Shown here in pieces: positions 1 to 8,514 of a stretch of DNA of 22,931 nucleotides. Numbering within the stretch: the first letter of the stretch is position 1; the number at the start of each line of letters is the position of its first letter. The stretch lies in the IMG/VR virus record IMGVR_UViG_3300028920_000049. One strand, written 5' to 3'. A program made the position numbers and the translations under genes. Below the pieces are notes generated by a model. The model was not told where the DNA came from and did not search any database. It was given only the letters and a program-made list of their open reading frames with translations. This DNA is from a virus.

Positions 1-1
1 T

Positions 2-940
2 ATTCTTACAAGACTATCAGATGCTAGCTATCTAGAGAAGGTAAATAAAGAACAGTATGACATAGCTGTATTTACGATACACGTGAATGGAGCTGTACAG
101 AGTTCCTTTGTTAAGAAGCTAAAATGCAAGAGATATGTATTTGTTCCCCACGATATCTTTTCTGCTTATCTTGATGGCCCTATTATTCCCGGGCTAGACA
201 AAACTAAGTGTTACGCTGTCCCTTTTACTCTAGTACAGGAAAGATATTGCCAAGTCCATAAAATGAAAGGGATTCCATCTAGGTTTCCTAAGCTGGATAT
301 GCCGTCTAGTACATTTAGTTCTGGAGCTAGCCTTGAGAATACAGCAGTATTCATAGACTCTACTCTATTCAAAGATCATACCTTCCCCTACATCTCTCTC
401 TTTGACAAGGTTATGCTTAAGCGCTGGAATGAATATGAGTATACTCTCGATATACATGCAGATCAGACGTTTACCTTAAATAAGCCTATTAGAAAACCAG
501 TCTTAGAAAAGTATGGTATTAGCAATGCTCCGTCCGAGCTCTTTGGAATGCATGGAATGAAAGCTGCCGTTGCCTCGAGTCTTTTTTGGTTTACTAGAGA
601 TAGCTCTATGTATGTTGAGGCTTTATTAGAAGACCGGATTCCTATTCTATACAAAGCTCCGCGTTATGATTCCTTCGAGCGTGGTGCAAAAGACAATCGA
701 TACATCACCTATGAAAAACCAGTCAATAGTATTGTCAGCGAGGTACAAATAGCTTTACTGGGGAGTACTAGATTCAATGCCGTTACAGAAACTAATCTCG
801 CAAACAAGATTAAGGCGTTCAGGGCAGACAGATCGCTCATTCGTACAACCCTAGACCTACTGAAAAAGGCCTGGGTATTTCCTGGGACACTACCTAGATT
901 AGAAGAGACAATTCAAAGGATATTAGACGAATGCAAATAG
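2..940 (+). CDS. 5'-truncated protein, possibly GT-B fold (TagF/CDP-glycerol glycerophosphotransferase- or sialyltransferase-like)
   Basis: The frame is open from position 2 (ILTRLSDASYLEK...), so the ORF extends beyond the window. FVPHD and LFWFTRDSSMYVEALLEDRIPIL resemble the 'xxHG' and 'aDllitdySS..fE..ll.kPvi' motifs of TagF-like GT-B proteins. It overlaps the next gene. Confidence 0.4.
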   Translation: MLTRLSDASYLEKVNKEQYDIAVFTIHVNGAVQSSFVKKLKCKRYVFVPHDIFSAYLDGPIIPGLDKTKCYAVPFTLVQERYCQVHKMKGIPSRFPKLDMPSSTFSSGASLENTAVFIDSTLFKDHTFPYISLFDKVMLKRWNEYEYTLDIHADQTFTLNKPIRKPVLEKYGISNAPSELFGMHGMKAAVASSLFWFTRDSSMYVEALLEDRIPILYKAPRYDSFERGAKDNRYITYEKPVNSIVSEVQIALLGSTRFNAVTETNLANKIKAFRADRSLIRTTLDLLKKAWVFPGTLPRLEETIQRILDECK

Positions 941-1635
941 TAATTCTATGTGCCGGAGAAGGAAGACGGCTAGGTGCTGGTATCCCGAAATGCCTCGTCT
1001 CTATCAATGGAGTATCTATCCTAGAAAATATTGTTCGTAGTATTACTAGAATCAATAAGCTAGCTGATATTATTGTAGTTACAGGATTCAAAAGTGAACT
1101 AGTAAATCAAGAAGTAGATAGGCTACGCAATACAGTACATGGCTTTATTCAGACTGTTCATAACCCAAACGCACAGAGGTTTAGCATTGTTCGCTCAATG
1201 CTAGTAACGCTCCCTTTGATATATGATGAGCATGTCCTGAGAATTAGCGGAGATGTTTTCTTTGCTAAAAACAATACGTTAGCCAGTCTAATGTACGAGA
1301 AGAGAACATGTATTGCAATACAACCATCACCTCCATTTAGAGATAAGACTCCACTAGTTGACTTCACTCTCAATGGTCAGCTTATTGGAATACGCCTCGA
1401 TACCCCTTCTGAACAACTAGATTGGGAATGGGCTGACATGGAAGTCTATCGTAACGGAGACTTTAAGAAACTACTGTCACTCGGATCTAATTATGAGTCG
1501 TTTGGTTTCTATCACTTTAGCCTTATCAACAATTACTTAGCCCAGGGAATGAAGATATATTGTAGAGGAATAGAAGGAGCATTCGAAATAGATACCCCAG
1601 AGGATCTTGATTATGTCGCAAGAAACTGTAGCTAG
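931..1635 (+). CDS. NTP transferase, LicC/PntC-like phosphocholine/phosphonate cytidylyltransferase family
   Basis: N-terminal ILCAGEGRRL...PKCLV signature, central (I)SGDV, and C-terminal EIDTPEDL typical of LicC-like cytidylyltransferases. Confidence 0.85.
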   Translation: MQIVILCAGEGRRLGAGIPKCLVSINGVSILENIVRSITRINKLADIIVVTGFKSELVNQEVDRLRNTVHGFIQTVHNPNAQRFSIVRSMLVTLPLIYDEHVLRISGDVFFAKNNTLASLMYEKRTCIAIQPSPPFRDKTPLVDFTLNGQLIGIRLDTPSEQLDWEWADMEVYRNGDFKKLLSLGSNYESFGFYHFSLINNYLAQGMKIYCRGIEGAFEIDTPEDLDYVARNCS

Positions 1636-2233
1636 GGATTTTTGGACTAACCAAACTAGTTATCCAGATTATCCGTTTCTCAAGGAGCGAAGACTTTATG
1701 AGATTCAATACATACTCAAACATCTTGGTAATGCCAAAAGTTTACTGGACTATGGATGTGGAGATGGTTCAGCTCTTCTGCTAATTAAAGAATTAACCTA
1801 TATAGAAGAGCTGATAGGAATAGACATTAGTAGTTATTTTATCAAAATTGCTAGGGAAAAATTGGGACCGCAAGTCAAGCTCTATACGGCGGATTTTAAT
1901 GTTATTAAGAGTGGGTTTGAGACAGATATTACTATTTCGCTGGGCATCCTGCCTTATTTATTTGAGGATAGCATAGTGAGCCAATATCTCTCATTGATAA
2001 AATCACCTAAAGTTATATTGCGTACCCCCTGTAGTGTTGAACATCGGTTAGATATAAATACATTCTCTAAGGATCTAAGAGCTCAGTATGCAGCAGTATA
2101 TCGATCCCCGGCTATTACCTTGTCCCTTTTAGGAGAATATTTTACTATCTCGAGTATAGATAGGGCATACCCAGATAGGATAGAAAGCAGGTATGGCACA
2201 AAACACTTTTTCTTTGTAGGGGATAGAAAATGA
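1613..2233 (+). CDS. Class I SAM-dependent methyltransferase
   Basis: Motif I LLDYGCGDG, motif II GIDIS, then ADF. ATG at 1613 follows GAGGA at 1600-1604; the ORF track starts at TTG 1607. Confidence 0.88.
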   Translation: MSQETVARDFWTNQTSYPDYPFLKERRLYEIQYILKHLGNAKSLLDYGCGDGSALLLIKELTYIEELIGIDISSYFIKIAREKLGPQVKLYTADFNVIKSGFETDITISLGILPYLFEDSIVSQYLSLIKSPKVILRTPCSVEHRLDINTFSKDLRAQYAAVYRSPAITLSLLGEYFTISSIDRAYPDRIESRYGTKHFFFVGDRK

Positions 2234-2709
2234 ATCTTGGTATAGACTTTCATGATACGCTTTCTTATGCTCCTGAATTCTTTCGTCAATTAGTAAAGGG
2301 ATGGCCAGGGAAGGTTTATATAGTTACTGGGACGCCTGCTTCCAAACGTAAAGAAACAGAAGAGGGACTCCGCACTATTGGCTTTGAGGGGCTCTACGAA
2401 GATATTCTAATGGGATATGAATATCAAAAAGAAGACATGACTGTAGATCATTTTAGGCGAATGCGCGAACATAAACTTAACTTGTTGCATAAGTATAACA
2501 TTACTGTTTATTTCGACGATAATCCATTCTATGTCCATTGGATGAAAGAACATGGAATCATTGCGTTTTTACCGTGTGTAAGCCCAGAATATCTATCTAA
2601 ATTCGCCAAGGGAGATCTATTCTTCAGTTGTCACTTACAAGAAAAGATGTTTGCCTTTCTGGACACTCTATCTGATGTAGAAGTTCTGAAGCAAAACGAC
2701 CCAAAGTAA
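2230..2709 (+). CDS. HAD-superfamily hydrolase/phosphatase (minimal cap)
   Basis: Motif I GIDFHDTL (DxHDT variant), motif II IVTG, motif III K, motif IV YFDDN. ATGA overlap with the methyltransferase. Confidence 0.75.
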   Translation: MNLGIDFHDTLSYAPEFFRQLVKGWPGKVYIVTGTPASKRKETEEGLRTIGFEGLYEDILMGYEYQKEDMTVDHFRRMREHKLNLLHKYNITVYFDDNPFYVHWMKEHGIIAFLPCVSPEYLSKFAKGDLFFSCHLQEKMFAFLDTLSDVEVLKQNDPK

Positions 2710-2717
2710 TCCTACAT

Positions 2718-2746
2718 TCGACAAGATTTGTACTAGATAGTATGAT
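2718..2746 (+). promoter_or_regulatory. Sigma-70-type promoter TCGACA-N17-TATGAT
   Basis: -35 TCGACA (2718-2723) and -10 TATGAT (2741-2746), each a 5/6 match with a 17-nt spacer, in an intergenic gap. Followed by SD GAGGTG (2755-2760) and ATG 2766. Confidence 0.65.
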
Positions 2747-2765
2747 AGGCAAAAGAGGTGATCGT

Positions 2766-3128
2766 ATGCCAGATGAGGAAGTTCTCAGAGCTATTGAAGA
2801 GTTAAAACAGAATCTGAGGTCTGAGATGGACACCAGATACAGTACGCGTAACCGAAAATGGTATGTGAGCCCCCTCATATCTGTTATAGTCATTGTCGCA
2901 GGCATCCTTATCAACTGGGGTGTAATGACTACTCAAATTGACCACCTTGAGAAAATAGCTGAGGCTAATCAAACACGCACTTTTGAGAATCAGCTCAATG
3001 TTATGAATCTCCGTACAGAGCAACAGGTTTCCAAGGCTACTACCGAGGCTGTTCTCAAGAATATGGAAGAAAAGGTTAATGAAATTAGTAAGGATATGAA
3101 AAGGCTTCTTGGCAGGAGGCATCGCTAA
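2766..3128 (+). CDS. Single-TM protein with C-terminal coiled coil (holin/antiholin-like)
   Basis: Hydrophobic segment PLISVIVIVAGILINWGVM followed by a heptad-rich tail. The start is reassigned to 2766 on the basis of SD GAGGTG. Confidence 0.5.
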   Translation: MPDEEVLRAIEELKQNLRSEMDTRYSTRNRKWYVSPLISVIVIVAGILINWGVMTTQIDHLEKIAEANQTRTFENQLNVMNLRTEQQVSKATTEAVLKNMEEKVNEISKDMKRLLGRRHR

Positions 3129-3430
3129 TGTCTGAGGAGTTTAATGCGGTAAAGAATGGACGCAAGTTTAGAATGGGTCTGTATTGCATTCTGTTGGCCA
3201 CAGCGGCGTTCTTTGCTACTATGTCTATCCCGGTGCTCGGCGTGCATTATGCGACCTATGTAGGGGCACTGAGCGCCATTTTTGTGATTTATTGCGGTGG
3301 CAATGTAGGCAACAAATATGTCCTTACAAGGCCAGATACTAAGGTAATTGTAGATAGGAGAACAACACCAAGAGAAGAGCCGGTAGTGGATCCAGGTGAC
3401 GAAGCAGAAGGACCAGGGCCACAAGGCTAA
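3128..3430 (+). CDS. Two-TM small membrane protein, holin-like
   Basis: A basic GRKF precedes TM1, then TM2 ending YCGGNVGNK, then a charged tail. This is a common phage holin-like layout. TAATG overlap. Confidence 0.55.
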   Translation: MSEEFNAVKNGRKFRMGLYCILLATAAFFATMSIPVLGVHYATYVGALSAIFVIYCGGNVGNKYVLTRPDTKVIVDRRTTPREEPVVDPGDEAEGPGPQG

Positions 3431-3440
3431 GGAGTAAGTA

Positions 3441-3644
3441 ATGGCGTGGAGCAGTGAAGAAACAGCTCGAGTCCAGGCTATCGAGACTAAGCTTAATGAA
3501 ATGCAGGTAGCAATTAACAAGCTGGCATCTAGAGCTCAGCTCAAGCAGCTTCTCAATATTAGGCAAAGCGAAATCCAGGAACTTCAGCAAGATATAGCTG
3601 ACCTGGAGTCACAGGTAGCGGCCCTCCAGGCGTTTCATCAGTAA
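3441..3644 (+). CDS. Small coiled-coil hypothetical protein
   Basis: SD AGGAG upstream, 67 aa, heptad pattern. Confidence 0.7.
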   Translation: MAWSSEETARVQAIETKLNEMQVAINKLASRAQLKQLLNIRQSEIQELQQDIADLESQVAALQAFHQ

Positions 3645-3648
3645 GCGC

Positions 3649-3677
3649 TTGTGCTCGTTAGGTAAGAAAGGTATAGT
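3649..3677 (+). promoter_or_regulatory. Sigma-70-type promoter TTGTGC-N17-TATAGT (probably near-leaderless transcript)
   Basis: -35 TTGTGC (3649-3654) and -10 TATAGT (3672-3677) with a 17-nt spacer. ATG 3687 lies only 9 nt downstream with no SD between. Confidence 0.5.
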
Positions 3678-3686
3678 AACCACACA

Positions 3687-4592
3687 ATGAAAACAAACTA
3701 TGACACTTATGATCTGTTTAAAGCAACAGATGCGCATCTGACTCGCCCAAAGTTCAGAGCAGACAGAGAAAAACGATTCTATCCATCCGAGGCATCAGTC
3801 CAGATATTTGACGAACACGGTGATCGTGTAACCCACGGCGGATGTCTACGTGCAAGTTACTTCAGACTTTCTGGAGAGTTTGAGGGCATACCTCATGATG
3901 CCAGGTCAGAGTTTATCTTCATGCAAGGTAATGCGGTTGAGGATATGCTAGTTGAGCAATGGAAGCAGATGGGGATCTGGGTTGCAAACAGTGTAAAGTT
4001 TGTTGATTATGAAAATAACATTTCTGGTGAGCTAGATGCAATTTTAGCTGAGCCTCCTGATGGCCAGCTATATGGAGTAGAGGTCAAGAGCTTTTATGGC
4101 TATTTTGCTGAGAAAGAGCTGTTTGGCAATAGGAGCCAGAAGGGCTTTCCTAAGATGAGCCAGCTTCTGCAGACTCTGGTCTACTTGAATCACTTTAAAG
4201 AGAAGTTGCCCTTTTTTAGAATGGTATACTTTGCTCGAGACTCAGTTAAGAGGCGTACTTTCAAGATTGAACTAGAACATCAAGCTGATGGGACTTATCC
4301 GAAGGTAGAAGGAGAAGTTATCAGGTCTTTTACTATTGAGGATGTGCTTGGAAGATATCGCACTCTTCAGCAGCATATTGATGCTAATGATGTCCCTCCA
4401 AATGATTACGAGTTGAGATATTCTGATGACAAGATTAGGGACTTCGCCCCCAAGGCGAATGGCGGAAAGGGAAAGATAGCGAAGACAAAATACGAAGCAT
4501 GGGAAAAAGGTAAGTTAAAGCCACATGAGGTGATAGGAGACTGGCAGTGCAGTTACTGCCGTTTCAAGGAAGTCTGTTGGGGCGAAAAGTAA
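3687..4592 (+). CDS. Cas4-like / PD-(D/E)XK exonuclease with 4-Cys Fe-S staple
   Basis: PSEAS...GCLRASYF (Cys1), GELDAI (motif II), EVKS (motif III), QxxxY (QTLVY), and C-terminal CSYCRFKEVC. Confidence 0.85.
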   Translation: MKTNYDTYDLFKATDAHLTRPKFRADREKRFYPSEASVQIFDEHGDRVTHGGCLRASYFRLSGEFEGIPHDARSEFIFMQGNAVEDMLVEQWKQMGIWVANSVKFVDYENNISGELDAILAEPPDGQLYGVEVKSFYGYFAEKELFGNRSQKGFPKMSQLLQTLVYLNHFKEKLPFFRMVYFARDSVKRRTFKIELEHQADGTYPKVEGEVIRSFTIEDVLGRYRTLQQHIDANDVPPNDYELRYSDDKIRDFAPKANGGKGKIAKTKYEAWEKGKLKPHEVIGDWQCSYCRFKEVCWGEK

Positions 4593-4616
4593 CCCCGTAA
4601 CTAACAGGAGACATCA

Positions 4617-7223
4617 GTGAATATCAAAAACTACGATGAGGTTGTTGAACAACTTCGTGCATTTCTCCCCAAGTATCTCCAAGAGCATGGAATTGATACA
4701 GACAATCATTTTCGCTGCATCGATCCCGCACATAATGACAAGACCCCGTCCTCAACCATCTCTGGTGATGGAAACGGCGAGATCTTTCATTGTTTTGGCT
4801 GTGGTGTTGCGGGCAACATCTTTACTGCCGCCCACTTTCTCGAGGGTAAACCTCTTGTAGGTCAGGAATACATCACCGAGACTCTCATCCCTCTAGCTGA
4901 GAAGTATGGCATTCCTGTGGATGGTACTCCTTTGACAGAGGAACAGGTATATGAGCTCGACACCTATCGTGCATACCGCACAGCAGCTGAGTTCATCACT
5001 CATGGAGTAAAGAGCAAACAGTTTAATAAGGCTGTGAAGGAACGTAGTTGGTCTAAAAAGACCTGCGAAGAGTTGGGCATCGGCTGTGTCCCGGATTATG
5101 CTGCTTTCAGGAGTCATCTTAAGGCTCGTGGTTTTGCTGCTAGTTTTCTTGATGATGTAGACCTTTCTCGTCGTGAAATCTTTGGCGAGGATTGTCTTAT
5201 CTTTTCTATCAAGGATGAGCGTGGACGTCCTGTTGGCTTTGCTTCTCGTAACCTGAAGTTTAATGGTGAGAAGCAGAACGGGAGCAAATACGTCAACCAG
5301 AAGCATACTGGCGTAAAGTGTAATATTTATCGCAAGTCTGAGCGTTTGTTCGGTCTAGACAGAGTGCTGAAGACCCGTACTAAGCGTACTAAATCTGTGT
5401 ATGTTTTTGAGGGCTATTCTGACGTCGCTACTGCTGTTGAAAATGACATTAACAACGCAACTGCTTGTGGCGGGACAGCCTTAACCGAGGAACAAGTACA
5501 GCTTCTGAAGTCTCATGGATTCTATGGCATTATTCTTTGTCTAGATGGTGATCAGGCCGGTCAAGAGAGGACTGCTAAGCTTCTTGATACTGTTTTGGCA
5601 GGACACAAGGATCTCTCAGTAGAAGTTGTGATGATTCCTGATCAGATGGATCCTGATGAGTTCATCCGTGCTCATGGTCCAAACAAGTTCAAGAGGCTTA
5701 AGAAATGGTCTGCTTTTGAATGGAGATTGGCTCAGTTTTCTGACGATGAGGATGGAGATACTGTTGCTAAGGCAATGATTCCGCTTATCGTAAATGAGAC
5801 TTCCTACATTGAGCAGGAAAAACAGTGCCGAGTACTTGCAAAGGCTACTGGCGTCTCTATGAAGGCGATCCAGGCCGAGCTAAATAGGCTGCAGAACCAA
5901 CGTGACGCAGAAAAGTCACGTGAGCGTCAGACTATCATCGATTCGATGCAGCTGACTATCAAGAAGGACCCAGATAACCTCGAGTACGCAATCCAACAGG
6001 CTCAGACCGAGCTATTCGATCTGAATCGGAAATACGACGAAGACTCTTTTTCAGAAGAGGCTACGATGGCTCGTATTGACCGTCAGAAAAACTATGAGGA
6101 GTCAAAAGACGGGTCATTTTCTGGCTATATTCTTGGACCTGATCTGCAGGAGATGCAGGATGCTCTCTGTGGCGAGTGGAAGAAGGATGTATGGTTCTGT
6201 TTTGCTGGTAAGGCCAACTGCGGTAAGACTTCATTGATGTGTAAGCTTACTTATGAGATCGCACGTCATGAGGAGAACGATGCTCTCGTTATCTATCATA
6301 CGATTGATGATACTACAGAGCAGATTCTTCCTAAGTTTGTCTGTATTGCGGAGGGCTCCAAGAAGCTGAATCTTAACCAGGTCATGGACCCTAACTATCA
6401 TGCTACTAATATTGCTGATGAGGCTGAACGTCAGAATATGTATGACAGACGTGAAGCTGGTTACGGTGTGATTAGAGAGCTCATTCGTAAGGGTCGGATT
6501 ATTATCAAAGATGCGAATGATGGGGCCTCCATTGCGTATGCCAACCAGGTTATTCGCTACTATAAGGAACGTTACCCGGAAAGAAATATCCTCTATGTTC
6601 TAGACAACTTTCACAAGCTCCAGGACTTTAAAGCTATGGGTCGTGGAGATGAGCGTGTACGCTTTAAGCAAATGTCTCAGGTCATGAAGGATCTGGCTAC
6701 TCGTTGGCATATTTGTATCTTTGCAACTGTAGAGTACAAGAAGGTTGAACAGGGTAAGCGTGGTACTAATGCAGACATCGGTGAAACCGGTCAGATTGAG
6801 TACGATGCTAACTTCGTAATGCATATTCACAATGAGATGCATGAAGAGGGCGATAATGCCGGTCTGTTCCATGTGGATAATGTAGGTGGCGAGCTCAAGA
6901 AGCTCCCGGTAATCGAGGGTAATGTTGGCAAGAACAAGATTACCGCCTTTAAGAACAAGCTGTTTTTCAGCTTCTGGCCTGAAAATTCTGATTTCATCGG
7001 AACTGATTCTGCCAAGATGCAGGCTCAGATGCAGGATAAACTAGAGGATCTGCATGCCTCTTACCGTGAAATTGTCGCCAAGGAATGTGGCGAGAAAGGG
7101 CATAAACTTGGACGCGCTTGGTGGTGCTTCAAAGACCAGTATGGAGTGGAGCCTCCTAAGGCCTGGAGAGCCGAATTCGAAGCTGAATATGGCCACAGGG
7201 ACAAGCAGGACACTCGCTACTAA
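4617..7223 (+). CDS. Fused DNA primase-helicase (CHC2 Zn finger + DnaG/TOPRIM + DnaB-like SF4 helicase)
   Basis: CIDPAHNDKTPS...FHCFGCG Zn finger; GFASR and KYVN; TOPRIM EGYSD, GGTA, LCLDGDQAG, DPDEFI; Walker A GKANCGKT; Walker B VLDNFH; IEYDAN; KNK. GTG start with SD AGGAG. Confidence 0.93.
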   Translation: MNIKNYDEVVEQLRAFLPKYLQEHGIDTDNHFRCIDPAHNDKTPSSTISGDGNGEIFHCFGCGVAGNIFTAAHFLEGKPLVGQEYITETLIPLAEKYGIPVDGTPLTEEQVYELDTYRAYRTAAEFITHGVKSKQFNKAVKERSWSKKTCEELGIGCVPDYAAFRSHLKARGFAASFLDDVDLSRREIFGEDCLIFSIKDERGRPVGFASRNLKFNGEKQNGSKYVNQKHTGVKCNIYRKSERLFGLDRVLKTRTKRTKSVYVFEGYSDVATAVENDINNATACGGTALTEEQVQLLKSHGFYGIILCLDGDQAGQERTAKLLDTVLAGHKDLSVEVVMIPDQMDPDEFIRAHGPNKFKRLKKWSAFEWRLAQFSDDEDGDTVAKAMIPLIVNETSYIEQEKQCRVLAKATGVSMKAIQAELNRLQNQRDAEKSRERQTIIDSMQLTIKKDPDNLEYAIQQAQTELFDLNRKYDEDSFSEEATMARIDRQKNYEESKDGSFSGYILGPDLQEMQDALCGEWKKDVWFCFAGKANCGKTSLMCKLTYEIARHEENDALVIYHTIDDTTEQILPKFVCIAEGSKKLNLNQVMDPNYHATNIADEAERQNMYDRREAGYGVIRELIRKGRIIIKDANDGASIAYANQVIRYYKERYPERNILYVLDNFHKLQDFKAMGRGDERVRFKQMSQVMKDLATRWHICIFATVEYKKVEQGKRGTNADIGETGQIEYDANFVMHIHNEMHEEGDNAGLFHVDNVGGELKKLPVIEGNVGKNKITAFKNKLFFSFWPENSDFIGTDSAKMQAQMQDKLEDLHASYREIVAKECGEKGHKLGRAWWCFKDQYGVEPPKAWRAEFEAEYGHRDKQDTRY

Positions 7224-7224
7224 G

Positions 7225-7407
7225 ATGCAGAACCTTCTGGCAGTGCTTGAGATTGAGGAAGAGAAGCGAGAGCTTCGAAACCTTGGTCTCACTGCCGAGG
7301 AGGTCGAAGGATACGTAGAGTTTTTCATCGAGAATTACCTGGAGGATTCTAATGATTTACAGATATCAGTGCCAAGTCTGTTTACACGAACAAGAGGTTT
7401 GGCATAA
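7225..7407 (+). CDS. Small acidic hypothetical protein
   Basis: ATG lies 1 nt after the primase-helicase stop (alternative start 7189). Codon style resembles neighbouring genes. Confidence 0.55.
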   Translation: MQNLLAVLEIEEEKRELRNLGLTAEEVEGYVEFFIENYLEDSNDLQISVPSLFTRTRGLA

Positions 7408-7531
7408 AATGGACGAGAAAAACAACGAGCCCTGCAAGAAGTGTGGAGCTCTGCCAAGTAAGATGAAAAAGATCATGAATTGGCAGCCTACACACAAAAG
7501 ACATGGCTCCTGGAGTAGGTGGAACGTATGA
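7352..7531 (+). CDS. FmdB-family zinc-ribbon protein (59 aa, missing from the ORF track)
   Basis: MIYRYQCQVCLHEQEVWHKMDEKNNEPCKKCG matches the FmdB pattern YxYxCxxC...CxxCG. SD GGAGGA at 7341-7346. Its TGA overlaps the ATG of the next gene. Confidence 0.8.
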   Translation: MIYRYQCQVCLHEQEVWHKMDEKNNEPCKKCGALPSKMKKIMNWQPTHKRHGSWSRWNV

Positions 7532-8514
7532 AATTCAACCTAATTGTAGCTGCACTTATTGCCTCTCTTGTCCTATCTCTTGGGCTTCTAGTTCGGGTGG
7601 GAATCTCCAACTACAAACTCAAGAACGCTACTAGGACGCTGAATACACAATTACAGCGAGCTAACCTCGAAAAGGGGCAAGCTCTTACCCTCATTGGGAA
7701 AGCGAACGACCGTGTAGTGCTTCTCGAGGAGTCGCTACAGGGCAGTATTAATAACCTGGGGCTTCAGGTCACACGGTACGCAGAACTAGAGGCCAGATAC
7801 AGGGTCCTAAAGAAACAAAAAGGGAAGGTGCGCATTGAGTACTATCCAGGTAATCCTATGGCAATTGAGTGCGACAATGTTGAGTTCACTCGTGGCCTTT
7901 ATTACGAAGCTGTTACTGACAAAAGCCTCGCAGCTGTCGAAAAGATCATCGGTTCTTACAAAGATACTCGACTTACTGCAACGTGTACTTTTGTTCCTAC
8001 ACCGAATAGACGGAGGGAACTACCCTTCTTATTCACATATGATCTAGATCTTCGTATGCGCGCGCAACTCGTTGAAACTATTTCACCAACGGGAGCGATA
8101 AATCACTTCATAAAGATTCACGAATTAACACCAAAAGGTAAGGGAGAAGAATTCACTCTTACTAAGTTCGAAGTCATTGTAGACGACCAAAGAGAAGCAG
8201 GGTTCCATTGGTGGACTCCTAGACTAGACGTAGGAGGCATTGGTACGGTACTCCTTCCTGAAGCACAATTTAAACCAGGGGCGTCATTTGGTATATCGTT
8301 CATGGGTTGGGGTAGGACACAAAACGACCTAACCTGGAGATTTGGACGCTTATCTTTTGACCTTATGGAGAAACCGGGTCTTGGCTTTACTCCCGTTTTG
8401 TATAACATTGGGGATCCCTTGCCGGTAATTAGCGACATTTGGCTTGCTCCTCACGTAGGCTGGATGTTTCCAGAAGGTGGCTATGTTGGCCTCCTAATTA
8501 GTTCACAGCTCTAA
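7528..8514 (+). CDS. N-terminally membrane-anchored protein with coiled coil and C-terminal amphipathic beta-strands (spanin-like candidate)
   Basis: TM LIVAALIASLVLSLGLLVRVGI; coiled coil over about aa 30-100; Gly/aromatic alternating strands at the C-terminus (GASFGISFMGWG, LGFTPVLYNIG, GGYVGLLISSQL). Confidence 0.5.
   Translation: MKFNLIVAALIASLVLSLGLLVRVGISNYKLKNATRTLNTQLQRANLEKGQALTLIGKANDRVVLLEESLQGSINNLGLQVTRYAELEARYRVLKKQKGKVRIEYYPGNPMAIECDNVEFTRGLYYEAVTDKSLAAVEKIIGSYKDTRLTATCTFVPTPNRRRELPFLFTYDLDLRMRAQLVETISPTGAINHFIKIHELTPKGKGEEFTLTKFEVIVDDQREAGFHWWTPRLDVGGIGTVLLPEAQFKPGASFGISFMGWGRTQNDLTWRFGRLSFDLMEKPGLGFTPVLYNIGDPLPVISDIWLAPHVGWMFPEGGYVGLLISSQL

Noticed and set aside
1613-2233. 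DNA methyltransferase explaining the palindrome enrichment
   Set aside because: It lacks DPPY/NPPY or a properly placed PC catalytic motif and looks like a small-molecule class I methyltransferase.
3687-4592. CRISPR-Cas locus suggested by the Cas4-like gene
   Set aside because: No repeat-spacer array, cas1/cas2 or effector genes are visible, and the intergenic gaps are too short to hold an array.
4617-7223. Intein or intron in the primase-helicase
   Set aside because: The length is explained by the ZnF, TOPRIM, linker and helicase domains. No intein C-terminal HN-C/S/T junction or LAGLIDADG block is seen, and the frame is uninterrupted.
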